This document shows positions 39,956 through 50,999 of a stretch of 64,000 bases of DNA, one piece after another (position 1 is the stretch's first letter; each line of letters begins with the position of its first letter). Made by a program: the position numbers and the translations under genes. Under the pieces are notes generated by a model. It did not search any database. It saw only the letters and a list, made by a program, of their open reading frames with translations, and had not been told where the DNA came from. Source of the DNA: Malacoraja senta (Eukaryota); the NCBI GenBank assembly GCA_038087875.1, contig JAXLNO010002632.1:62001-126000 (forward strand). Direction: 5' to 3'.

Positions 39956-41421
39956 ATTGATCACTAAAAAGCCAAAAGATCACGAATATTGAGTGTTTAT
40001 CAGTTCATCTCAAATAATGACTCAGGTTTCTTCAATGTCTAAGGAAGAATATTCTTACCCATGAAATGACAGTTATTTATTGTTACTAAAATAAAAAGGA
40101 CAATAATAAGTGGCAGTATTACATGAACAACCTCAACTGCTGGCTGCTTTCCAAATTAGCATGCAAAATATTTTGCTTGAACTCTATGCCAATGGAAGTA
40201 ATGGTCAGTACTCACTAAGGTATCCAGCACTGATGCATGGAGCAAATGTCATCCCTCAATTCCATTCTTTTGAAATGCTATCCTTAGTGTCTAAGGGAAA
40301 CTTTCAACCTCAGTCTACTGATTAACAAAGTAAAGCATTTGAATTGTATCATAAAATAGGTCAGTTTCTTGCAAGTTCGCTTAGTTGGCAACTTGGGCAG
40401 TGAATCCAAAAATAAATGCCCATGAGAACCTTGAGATTTATTTTTATTGTGTTAGAATGTTTTAAAATTAGCTGCAGTTTTTGAGAGAGCGAAGGCCATG
40501 AAATAACTGCCAAATATGTAACATTTATGTGTTCAAGATAGATGTACAAAAATCTATATGTCAGCCTCGACAGCAGGAATGCAGAAAAGCATTCAAGAGT
40601 ACTATGGGTTTGATCAGTGGAAATTCCCAAGCTTGGGCATTGAAGCTCTATTGAATGCGTTACATGATTGCAAAAATGCGTTTGCAATTTGTTATTGCAA
40701 ATGTTATAGGTTGAAGTGTACTTGTTACATGTCGTACACCCCACTATTCTCTTCTAGACTTTACTTGATATTGAAAGCCTATTGTATCTTTCAGCAATAC
40801 ATGGCCTGTATCTTAAAATAAACATGATGTAAACCATAGCTTTGAGTCTTAACGTCTAATTAAGAAATACCCTGGGAAGAAGGCAAAGCATGACAGCAGA
40901 GGTCTGGTGAGTAAAATTCCATACAAACAATGACAATGTGAATGCTCAATTTGACTTTTTAAAAGGATAGTGATGGTTTTCACCCTACCATTTTGGAACA
41001 AATTTGATTCCCATTCTGAATGTGATTGTGTACACGAACATTTTAAACCAGGGATATCCGCAGATAAAATTTAAAATGCTGGTTTTCATTTTGATTTTTT
41101 GTTTATATTTTCAATGTATTAATTGACACCACCAATTGAGTCTCTAATAACCTAAGGTTGAGATCCAACATCAAACTTAATAGAAAAGCTAAATGTAGTA
41201 AATGTGATTTATTCAAAGTTGAAGAAGTGTACTTTTATAAAGGTAGTGATATAATAGATTCAAGGGAATATTCTCAGATGTTTCTAGAATGTGTAGCTGT
41301 TACCATTAATGCTAATATGTTAGTAAAAGAATGGTACTATAAAGTGAGATTGTTTTATAATATATCCAAATAATTTTGATATTGTTTATGACATACATGA
41401 TAATTCATGCATCCATAATGT

Positions 41422-44400
41422 TTTTTTTGTTTAAAAAATATATATATATTTATTAGAAGTACATCACATTACAACCAATTACATTAGTACTCATCACGTA
41501 TATATTATTACAATTAATGTACTCTGTCATTTTTTACACTAATAAAAAGGAAAGGTTGAGATTAAGAAAAAAGAGAAAGTGAAGGAAAATAGTGAAGGTG
41601 TAAAAACGTGACAACAAGAAAGAACAAAGACCCTGTAAGAAAGAAATTAAGAAGAAAGGATTAAGAGATAGACCCTAAAGAAGAAGAAAAAAGAAAAAGA
41701 GAAAAAAGAGAAAAACAAATACTTTGTTATACGCATCACGCAAATGGGATATACCAACTCTCCAGCTTTCATCCCCCTTTACCTGACCTCAGTTTTTTTT
41801 TTTTTAAGTACTTTTGCACCCTATACTTGTAATAATTCTATGAATGCAGACCACGTCAGGTGGAAGTGATCTGGTTTACCTGCCAGGAGGAATCTTATCT
41901 CTTCTAGGTGTAATGTTTCAAACATATTTGAAATCCACATGTTTATAGTTGGTATTGGAGCATTTTTCCAGAATTTTAGGATTAACTTTTTTCCAGTTAT
42001 TAACCCATAGCCTATTAATTTCTTTTGAAACACATTTAGTTCAGGACTATCTTCCGTTGTTCCGAAGATAATCCATTCTGCTTTTGGTATCAGTTTTATT
42101 TAAAATAATTTTGTAAAGATTTCAAAAATGTCAATCCAAAATTTTTGAATTTTTGTACAAAAAACAAATGAATGCGCTATGGTAGCTTCTTGAGATTGAC
42201 ATTTATCACAAATGGATGATACATTTGGGAAAATTTTATTAATTTTAGTTTTTGAATAATATAATCTATGTAAAATTTTAAATTGTATTAAAGTATGTCT
42301 TACATTAATCGAACATTTATGCACGTTTAATAAATGTTAATTCCAGCTTTCCTTTGAGATTTTAATAGCTAATTCTTGTTCCCAGTCTCTTCTAATACCT
42401 TCCATAGATGGTATTTCTACATTTAAGATAATATTATACAAATATGATATTAAGTTTGCTGATTCAGCTTTTATCTGCATTGCTTCATCCAATACATCTG
42501 CTGGGATATTATAATGATCTTTTGTATATTTTTTCAAATAGTCACATATTTGAAAATATTTAAAATATTGATTATTTCCCAGTTTATATTTTATTTGTAG
42601 TTGTTGGAATTATAGTAATTTTCCAATTTCATACAAATCACCGAACGTTTTAATTCCTAGTCTATCCCATTGTATAAAAGATTTGTCTGTAATAGAGGGA
42701 TTAAACGAAGGGTTATTTAACTATTGGAGATAAAAGCGATAGATTTCTTAATTTTAAATTTTGTTTTATTTGTTTCCAAGTTCTGATTGTACTATGTATA
42801 ATTGGGTTTTTGTTATAATTTATGTTATTCAGTTTCATTGGTGAGAGGAGGATCGCTCCAATGTTTCCAGAGGAGCAGTCCTCTCTCTCCATTACAATCC
42901 AGTCCACTTGCTGAGCAGAGTTGTCCATCAGTTGGATCATATTTTTAATATTTACTGACCAATAATAATACATGAAGTTAGGGAGTGCTAAGCCCCCTAC
43001 TACTTTAGCTTTGTTCAAGTGTGTTCTTTGTATTCTATGTGATTTATAGTCCCATATAAAATTAGTAATATCTGAGTCCAGTTTTTAAAAAAACTTCTTT
43101 GGTAGGTATATAGGAATCGATTGAAATAGGTATAAAATTTGTGGTAAGAAGATCATTTTTATTGCATTTATTCGGCCTATTAAAGACATCGGAAGCATTT
43201 TCCAAAATTTAATTAGTGTATTTAATTTATTAAGTAAAGGATCAAAATTTGCTTTGAACATGCCTTGATATGTTCTGGTGATTTCAATACCCAAGTATTT
43301 AAATTTTTCTGTAGCTATTTTAAAAGGGGATTTTAAAAGATGTGTGGAGTCTTTCGGTTTTATTGACATAATTTCACTTTTATTCCAATTTATTCTGTAT
43401 CCGGAAAAAGATCCAAAGTCCTCAATTAGATTTAATATGTTTGGTATAGTAATTTGAGGTTTTGTAATGTACAATAATATATCATCCGCGTATAAAGATA
43501 TTTTATTATTTGAGTATTTAGTATTATACCCATGGATATCTGGATGTGTTCTAATTATTTCTGCTAAAGGTTCAATTATGAGAGCAAACAACTGTGGTGA
43601 TAATGAGCATCCTTGTCTATTTCCCCTTGATAGTTGAAATTTCAAGGATAATATTTTATTAGTTAATATTCTAGCTGTAGGTTTATTATATAATAATTTA
43701 ATCCATAAAATAAAATTCTCTCCCAGTTGGAATTTTTGTAATACTTTATCCATATAATTCCATTCTACTTGGTCAAATGCTTTTTCAGTGTCCAGCGAAA
43801 TAATTGATAATTCTTGTTCTTCAATTTTGTGTGAGTGCATTATATTGAGTAGACGTCTCATATTATTAGATGAATATCTCTTAGGGATAAACCCCGTCTG
43901 ATCTGGGTTTGTTAATTTACTAATATATTTACTTAATCTTCTAGCTAATGTTTTCGCTAATATTTTTTTATCTGTATTTAACAATGCTATAGCTCTATAT
44001 GAACCCGGTTCTTCTATATCTTTGTCTTTTTTAAGTATTAGTGTAATCGTTGATTCAGCTAATGTATCAGGTAATATTTGTTTTTTAAAAGCATATTGAT
44101 ACATTTTTTGTAACCATGGTATAATTTTGTCATAAAAGCTTTTATAAAATTCATTAGTAAATCCATCAGGACCTGGAGCTTTTCCATTCTTTAATGAGTT
44201 TATTGTATCTTCTAATTCCTTAATTGAAATTTGTGCACCCAATTCCTCTTGTTCCTTCAACTCTAACTTTGGAAGATTACAATTATCCAAGAACTCTGTA
44301 ATTTTATTGGAGTCAGTTGTCGTTTTAGATGTGTACAAATTCTCGTAAAATTGCGCAAATCTTTTATTAATATCCTTCGGTATGGTTAGTAATTCCCCTC

Positions 44401-45551
44401 TATCTGATTTAATCTTTTGGATCGTATGTTCTTTTTCTCATTTTTTTAGCTGACGAGCCAACAGTTTACGCGGTTTATCCCCAAATTCAAAGTGTTCCTG
44501 TTTTGTAATTTGGAAAAGTCTTATAAGTTTGGCTGATAATAGTTTATTTAATTTAAATTTCAAAATTATTATTTTATTATGTTTATCTATTGATGGATCT
44601 TTAGCATTATCTATATCCATTTGTCTAATAAGTTCTTCTAACTGTCTTTGTTCATTCTTATTCTTTTTATTTTGAAAAGCTTGATATGAGATTATAACAC
44701 CTCTAATAAATGCTTCAAAAGATTCCCATAGTACAGTAGGCGATATATCTGGAGTGTCATTTATTTCAAAAAAGACATCCATTTGTTCTTTTAAATATAT
44801 ACTCGCTTGCGGATCTTTTAGGATTTGAGAATTGAATCTCCAAAACGATTTATTATTAGACATTCCTTCCAGTTTTAAAAAGAAAGTTAGTGGTGAATGG
44901 TCTGAAATCGAGTTTGTATGGTATGCTGGGTTCACAGTGTGAGGGATTAATTTTGTATCTACCAGGAAATAATCTATACGTGAGTATGTTTTGTGTACCA
45001 TTGAATAAAACGAGTATTCCGTGCCAGTCGGATTAGCAATTCTCCAAACATCTGCTATATTGGAATATAAGAGGCATTAACGAACCTATTAAAAGGGGTA
45101 AAATACTAGCTCAGCTGAAACTGTACAATTCTGACATCATCTTCTTACAAGAAACTCATCTAAAATCTCAAGATCAAGCTAGGCTGAGGGCGAAATGGAT
45201 AGGTCAAATATATCATTCTTCATATACTTCGAAATCTAGAGGTACGTCAATTATTATTAGAAAAGGTATACCATTCAAAGCAAAGAATACCATAACAGAC
45301 ATTGAAGGGAGATATTTGATAGTTACCGGAGAAATTCATGACATTCCAATTACCTTGGTAAATATATATGCGCCTAACTTTGACAACTCTTATTTTTAAA
45401 ATAAAATTTTGAACATAATCGCAGAGTTTAATTATCAAAATGTTATAATAGGAGGAGACATTAACTGTGTTTTAGATCCGTATTTAGACAAATCAAGCCA
45501 AAAACAGAGAGGGAATACGAAATCTAAAACTAGTGAACTTTTAAATACATC
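41422..45551 (-). mobile_element. L1-clade LINE, 5'-truncated with an inverted 5' segment; ORF2 disrupted
   Basis: Minus-strand ORF2 pieces (SRIDYFL; KAPGPDGF; RQGCSLSP; LYADD; C-terminal Cys motif), 3' UTR, AATAAA and an A-rich tail at about 41422-41454. TSD CATGCATCCATAATGT at 41406-41421 and 45552-45567. Premature stop at 44438 and several frameshifts. Confidence 0.95.
45061..45551 (+). pseudogene. Inverted L1 APE-endonuclease segment
   Basis: The plus strand reads WNIRGINEPIKRGKIL...IIFLQETHL...SRGTSIII...LVNIYAPN...IIGGDINCVLDPYLDKS...SELLNT, with one in-frame stop. Confidence 0.93.
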
Positions 45552-45571
45552 CATGCATCCATAATGTGAGG

Positions 45572-45873
45572 TTTAGTTTAGTTTAGATGTTAGCGCAGAA
45601 ACAGGCCCTTCTGCCCACCGAGTCCGCACTGACCAGTGACCCCTGCACATTAATAGTATCCTACATAGATTAGGGACAATTTACATTTATACCAAGCCAA
45701 TTAACCTGCAAACCCATACGTCTTTTGAGTGTGGGAAACCGAAGATCTTGGAGAAAACCCATGGTGTCACGGGAGACTCCGTACAGACAGTACCCATAGT
45801 CGGGATCGAACCCAGGCCTCTGGCGCTGTAACGCTGTGAGGCAACAACTCTGCTGCTGCGTCACCGTGCCGCC
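45572..45873 (-). mobile_element. HE1-type SINE
   Basis: Same consensus with a (TTTAG)n tail, immediately beside the L1 TSD. Confidence 0.85.
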
Positions 45874-46704
45874 ATAAGTTTTGAGAATCTTGAATAAACC
45901 TTGGATATACAAATTGGACTCTCCATATTATTCTCCAGTCTCCATAACTGCACGCACATATCATTATCTTAGTGTGTGCAATAGTTTGACGATTCTCTCC
46001 TTATCAAATTAATACTGTGCATTATTTTTTACTTTCTTACAAATATATAGTTTTTTGTTAATGCAGGCACCTTAAATACCATTTGATCATGGGTTGAATT
46101 GCACAACATGCAAGTTGTTACATGCATCAAAATTATCTAAAATGTTTGAAAATTAGCATTCTTGTATATGTTCTATGGCCTGAACTTTAGCAGCTCATGG
46201 AGAAGGGGATTTGGTTCCTTTATGCATTTTAATTTGATCTCCATAAATTAGACAACAATTCTTGCCAACTTTTAAGACGAGAGATGCCTAAGTATTAAAT
46301 TCCCATGCCATCTTTCTCCATCTGCTTCTGAACTTTTTTATTCCCTTACATTCCCATTATGGATCTTGACAAAGGGACCATATTATACTTCGTAAATTCT
46401 CGTTTTTCAGAATGTGAGAGTTGTGTATTTATAATATTTTAACACAGTTGTTTTTCTCTTTCTCCTTTTCTTCTTTCTTAACAGAATGTGTTTGTGGTCT
46501 TGGATGTGGATCAAACAAGTATTAGGAAAAGTAAGTATGTATTAAATCCATTTGCTTTCGCGAGCTTAATTATCCCCAGAAAGTTCATTGACATCAGCCA
46601 TATTTATGGTGTCAGCATTGTTTGGACTTTAACATATGTATATTTTGTGATAAACTGCTTTTGTTTTGCTCAACTATATTCCAGTCCCCGTTAATATCAT
46701 ACTT

Positions 46705-46772
46705 CCAAGATTCAAGAGAGTTTATTGTCATGTGTCCCTGATTGGACAATGAAATTCTTGCTTTACTTCAAA
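46705..46772 (-). mobile_element. 3' tip of the same Rex1-like family
   Basis: TTTATTGTCATGTGTCCC...GGACAATGAAATTCTTG is the reverse complement of about 16063-16102. Confidence 0.65.
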
Positions 46773-47502
46773 ACAAAATTAAGAATTAATATAGAAATAT
46801 TGAATGCTGGTGAATTCACATGACATTTGTTGTATATGGACTAGAAATACTCTCATCGTCAGGTAGACAAATGGCAACAATTGGCATTATATCTCAGCAG
46901 CTTAGTTATTAATATGAAGTGCCCGTGACAAGATTTCATTGTGCTGAATTTTTTTTCCACTAATAACACGTATGCAATTAATAGACTAACTTTAAAAACC
47001 AAAACAGTTGATTTGCATTTTATTCAAATCAAACAGTGCAGTTCTTAATTAGTTGTTTCTACAAAATCTTTCTAGCTTCCAATGATTGTGTCCAACTAAC
47101 CATTCACCTTTGGCAAAATTATTAAAATGAATGTTAACATTGTAAGGCACTTGAGCAATTCCTAGACAGGTTTACCAGTGATGTATTAATATCAAGCTAT
47201 CGGTTTGATTCAGAACAGTTATCAGCAATGGGGGAAACCAGAATGAACGGGAACGCTCCGGATAGTCGGCAACAAAGCCTGCTCAAAATCCAAATCCGTT
47301 TTGGAGTTTGGTATTTCGCTGTAACGGTTGACTGTGTCTGCTAATATGAATATGACTCATTTATTCCAAGCTGTTATTTTGTCAACATAGTTCATAAAAA
47401 TATTATTTCTGCACATAGACATTGTTCAATTACTTTAGTCGCTAAGAATGGCCAGTCAACAAGTAGCAAATCAGACAGAGCGACTTTATCCATGTCAACT
47501 AA

Positions 47503-48147
47503 AGGGCCTGTCCCACTTTCCCGAGTTATTCATGAATTCTCCTGAGTTATTCATGAATTCTCCCGAGTTTTCAAACTCGCAGAATGTTCGTAACGAGTCC
47601 GTGGATATATCGTAGAGGCTCGTTATGCCAGCCGTAGGTACTCGGGGCATCAGGTAAGTCGGGACGTTTTTTCAGCCTGATGAAAAATGTCCACAAGTAA
47701 AAAAATAGCCCCGAGTACCTACGGCTGGCATAACGAGCCGCTACGATATATCCAGACTCCTACGGCCTTCTGCGGACTCGTTACGAACATTCTGCGAGTT
47801 TGAAAACTCGGGAGAATTCGTGAATAAAGACCCTGTCCCACTTTCCCGAGTTACTCACGAACTCTCCCGAGTTTTCCCCTTGATTCGAATTCGGAGAATT
47901 ACGCTAATAGCCGTTCGTAGGTACTCGGGGCTATTTTTTTAAACTCGTGGACATTTTTCAACATGTTGAAAAAACGTCCCGACTTACCTGATGCCCTGAG
48001 TTCCTATGGCTGGCATTACGAGCCACCACAAAACATCTACGGGCTCCTACGAGCTCGCTACCAACATTACCCGACATTCCCCGAGTTCGAATCAAGGGGA
48101 AAACTCGGGAGAGTTCGTGAGTAACTCGGGAAAGTGGGACATGTCCT
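47503..48147. mobile_element. Composite of two oppositely oriented Harbinger-like fold-back MITEs (A 47503-47827, B 47828-48147)
   Basis: TAA-AGGGCCTGTCCCACTT at the start, a second TIR AGACCCTGTCCCACTT after TAA at 47825-47827, and AAGTGGGACATGTCCT-TAA at the end. Each unit is a long hairpin. Confidence 0.85.
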
Positions 48148-49440
48148 TAACAAACCAAATGATGTACCAATGCAATAGAAATGTTTTAAAAAAACGTTAA
48201 AATGAAATGCTTAACAAATTAGATAACTTTGGCCACCCTGTCTCGCAAATATATTGAGAATTTCAATATCATTTGGCCACTCCCCTAAAAAATGACCCGA
48301 TGGTTAACTTTGTTCTGTGTTGGTGGCTATGTACAGCGTTTCTTTTGAATGCTACCCGTCCTCTAGTGTGGAGGGAGAGGGCAGCGTTTTGTGGGATGCA
48401 GAAGGAAATGTGTGTTCATGTTGATACTGCTCCACATTCATGTTCAAAGAACTTTCATTTACTGGCCACACGCCGTAATAAAACAGGGAGCCGATGGTGG
48501 CTCGATATGTCTCTCCCCCCCCAAAAAACACCAATTTGTGCGTCGGAATTCCCCAGTGAACCATTTCAGACCGGCTTGTTAATAACACTGCCATTCTTTT
48601 CTACAACATGGGCGCGCCTCTTAGTCTAGACTCCCCGCCTCCCTCTTTCTCTTCCAACAGAGTCCAACGGAGTAGACGTAAGACTTGTTGTCACAACTGT
48701 TGAATACACGCTGAATACTGGACATGTGGTCTGCTCATCACGAAAAGCTGAACGGTGCACTTGACGTTGGGTTTTCTATGCTTATGGTTGGATCCGTCTA
48801 GTTATTTGTTGCTTATTCTGCTTCCTACATTAAATGATTTGGCTCAATATTTTGGGGTGAGAGCTATCTATGGGCAGATCCTGGTCCTTAAATTGAAACT
48901 CTGCTCAACAACTCGATGCAAAAGCCTCTTACTTTGAAAATACACCCAATTAATTATCTCGGTGGCAGAGTAGAAAACCACACCCAGCATTACAATTAAA
49001 AGGGAGCCGAGATAGGTTTCTTTCGCACCAAGAACACAAATACACTCGACTAATGAAAAAGCAAGTTAACATGTACTGCCGTTGATTTCAAGTTTGGCTG
49101 TGCCTCATCCCCAAGACGCCAATGGGCGCAGCCTGTGAAATAATATGATCGATACTGATCTAAAACCAATACTGAAGTCACCATTATCAATTCTGGAACT
49201 TTGCCGAGGACAAGACCCCATAAATATTCCAATACTTCAGAAATAAGTTATTGGTTTATCTTAGTTATAATAAATTATATATTTTATGTTAATATATATA
49301 AAATAATGTATAATCCAATCGATTATCTAATTTTATCCATCTAATTTTAACTATTGATGTTAGAGGCTCAGATATTCAGTTTGTCAGACAATGCAAATGG
49401 CCAATACATTAAAATACCGATCGGTATAGACTTAACTTAC

Positions 49441-49495
49441 CTAACAGAATCATTAGCAATGAAACCGCATAAAGAAACGTGTTCCACGCACTCAT
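49441..49495 (-). CDS. SCN3B: Sodium channel beta-3 subunit, coding exon 1 (signal peptide MSAWNTFLYAVSLLMILL+G)
   Basis: ATG at 49495-49493, 55 nt of hydrophobic signal peptide, donor AG|GTAAGT. Phase 1 joins the TA of the next exon to make Val. 55 nt matches the first coding exon length I recall for human SCN3B. Confidence 0.9.
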
Positions 49496-49615
49496 AGTCG
49501 AGGAAAGCAGGATCAACCGGCTCTTAAAGATCTTCCACGGATCCACTTGTGGCTGTTTCCTTGGATCTCAGCCCTCTCTGTCGTTACCCACTCCACAGAT
49601 TCTCGTACAATAAAG
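49496..49615 (-). other. SCN3B: Probable 5' UTR part of the ATG-containing SCN3B exon
   Basis: Candidate acceptor gcttgttttaatcag ending at 49616. The upstream non-coding exon is not identified. Confidence 0.4.
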
Positions 49616-49769
49616 CTGATTAAAACAAGCGACTTGATTTTAATGCATGTTTTAAAAGAATCGCTTCAGCGTGGTCCTTTAACGCCAGTCACCAACAGGT
49701 TTCCATCCGCCTGTCTTCTAGTTCCTTTGTGTTGTTCGCTCTCCGCGCAGACTACGCTACACTTGAGGT

Positions 49770-49790
49770 TTCAGCACTACAGACAGCGCC
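49770..49790 (+). promoter_or_regulatory. RE1/NRSE (REST binding site)
   Basis: TTCAGCACTACAGACAGCGCC matches the consensus TTCAGCACCACGGACAGCGCC at 19 of 21 positions with canonical spacing, about 275 bp upstream of the ATG of a neuronal gene. Confidence 0.8.
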
Positions 49791-50029
49791 TGATAAAGCA
49801 CATTCACAGATACAAGTGGTGCCTTTAATTCGCGTTTAAAATAGTGGCACAACCTGAAAATCGATCCAGTATTTACCTTCAAACCAACACGTCGATTATC
49901 ACAAAATATCCTGTCTATTTAGTTCGCTTAACACTGAGGTTATGGACAGGTGCAAACAACATATATACTTTCAAAACAATCTGCTGTTGATTACCACTAA
50001 TATTTTTTGAACAGGATACTGTTCGCTTG

Positions 50030-50095
50030 GTGCTCCTGGTGAAGGATCCAGTTGGCTTTAGTGTTCCTGGTGAAGGATCCAGTTGGCTTTAGTGC
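50030..50095. repeat. 31-bp tandem duplication
   Basis: GTG(C/T)TCCTGGTGAAGGATCCAGTTGGCTTTA twice (50030-50060, 50061-50091), with one mismatch. Confidence 0.9.
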
Positions 50096-50999
50096 TTCTC
50101 TTGTGTGTCCCGGTCCCTCTATTAATATTCCCACTCTTACTCCACCCTCCTTCCAGAGGGTGGAGTAACAGTAACAGCACAGACACGCATGCGTTGACAG
50201 TCTACATTGTAATCTGTTATACTCGGTGTTTATTTCATTTGCACTGGTTATTGCAGCCCAATTGTTCCTTACTTTCTCTGACCACGTCAACAAGGAAGGC
50301 ATGTTCGCTTAAGCCTGAATCCGAACCATCAACATTTCCCCCCAAAGTGCTGAAGAGGCTGAAAAGTTCCGGATTCCTTCCCACCCCGTTTGTATACGCC
50401 CTTTTAGTTAGTTCCGATGTATTATCAACGCTCACTTCTCACTGATAATGTCAGTAATGCTTCAGCATATCGTACCCGGAGCACTAGAGCTCGTCCGAGA
50501 GAGAGAGGTCGTCAAGAGAAACAATGCCAAATATGGTGTCCAATGTGTGTTCGGAGAAATATCTGCCCTTGGGAAAGGTGCCAACAGCATACCATCTACA
50601 CGCTGGCATTTGCTGGTATAATGGGACCGGCTTTGAATGGCGTTACCCCGAGCACCAGCATAACAGAGCTAGAACACAGAAACATTCTCGCGATGTATTA
50701 TTCACTGACAATCATTTATTTATTTACTTTTAAGATTTTTACAGATATGCCAAGCGTAGATATTGTAAAGAAAATACTACGTCGGTTGAAACTGTCATTT
50801 GCTTTGTTAAGAGTAAAAATGAGCTGCCAATGGTTTAGTTATACAGACTTTTATTTGTGACTTTGTCATTCAAATATATGCTAAATAGGTTTAAATGAAT
50901 ACAACAATAATTATATAAATATATATTCACATCAGTAACTAACCCTTTCTCATCTTACCTAAAGGCAATCACAGCTATTAAAACAATATTGAATATGCT

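Larger units (their letters stand above)
48300..50780. promoter_or_regulatory. CpG-enriched, repeat-poor region around the SCN3B 5' end (likely promoter / first exons)
   Basis: Visibly more CpG dinucleotides than the CpG-depleted flanks; spans coding exon 1 and the RE1 site. CpG content was judged by eye, not computed. Confidence 0.55.

Noticed and set aside
47503-48147. CRISPR-like or bacterial contaminant sequence, suggested by the CpG-rich repeats
   Set aside because: The repeats are inverted arms with TIR and TSD, not direct repeat-spacer arrays, and they sit in a vertebrate intron.
49997-50860. Overlapping 100-147-aa ORFs near the promoter
   Set aside because: Typical by-products of a GC-richer region and the 31-bp repeat, with no domain similarity.
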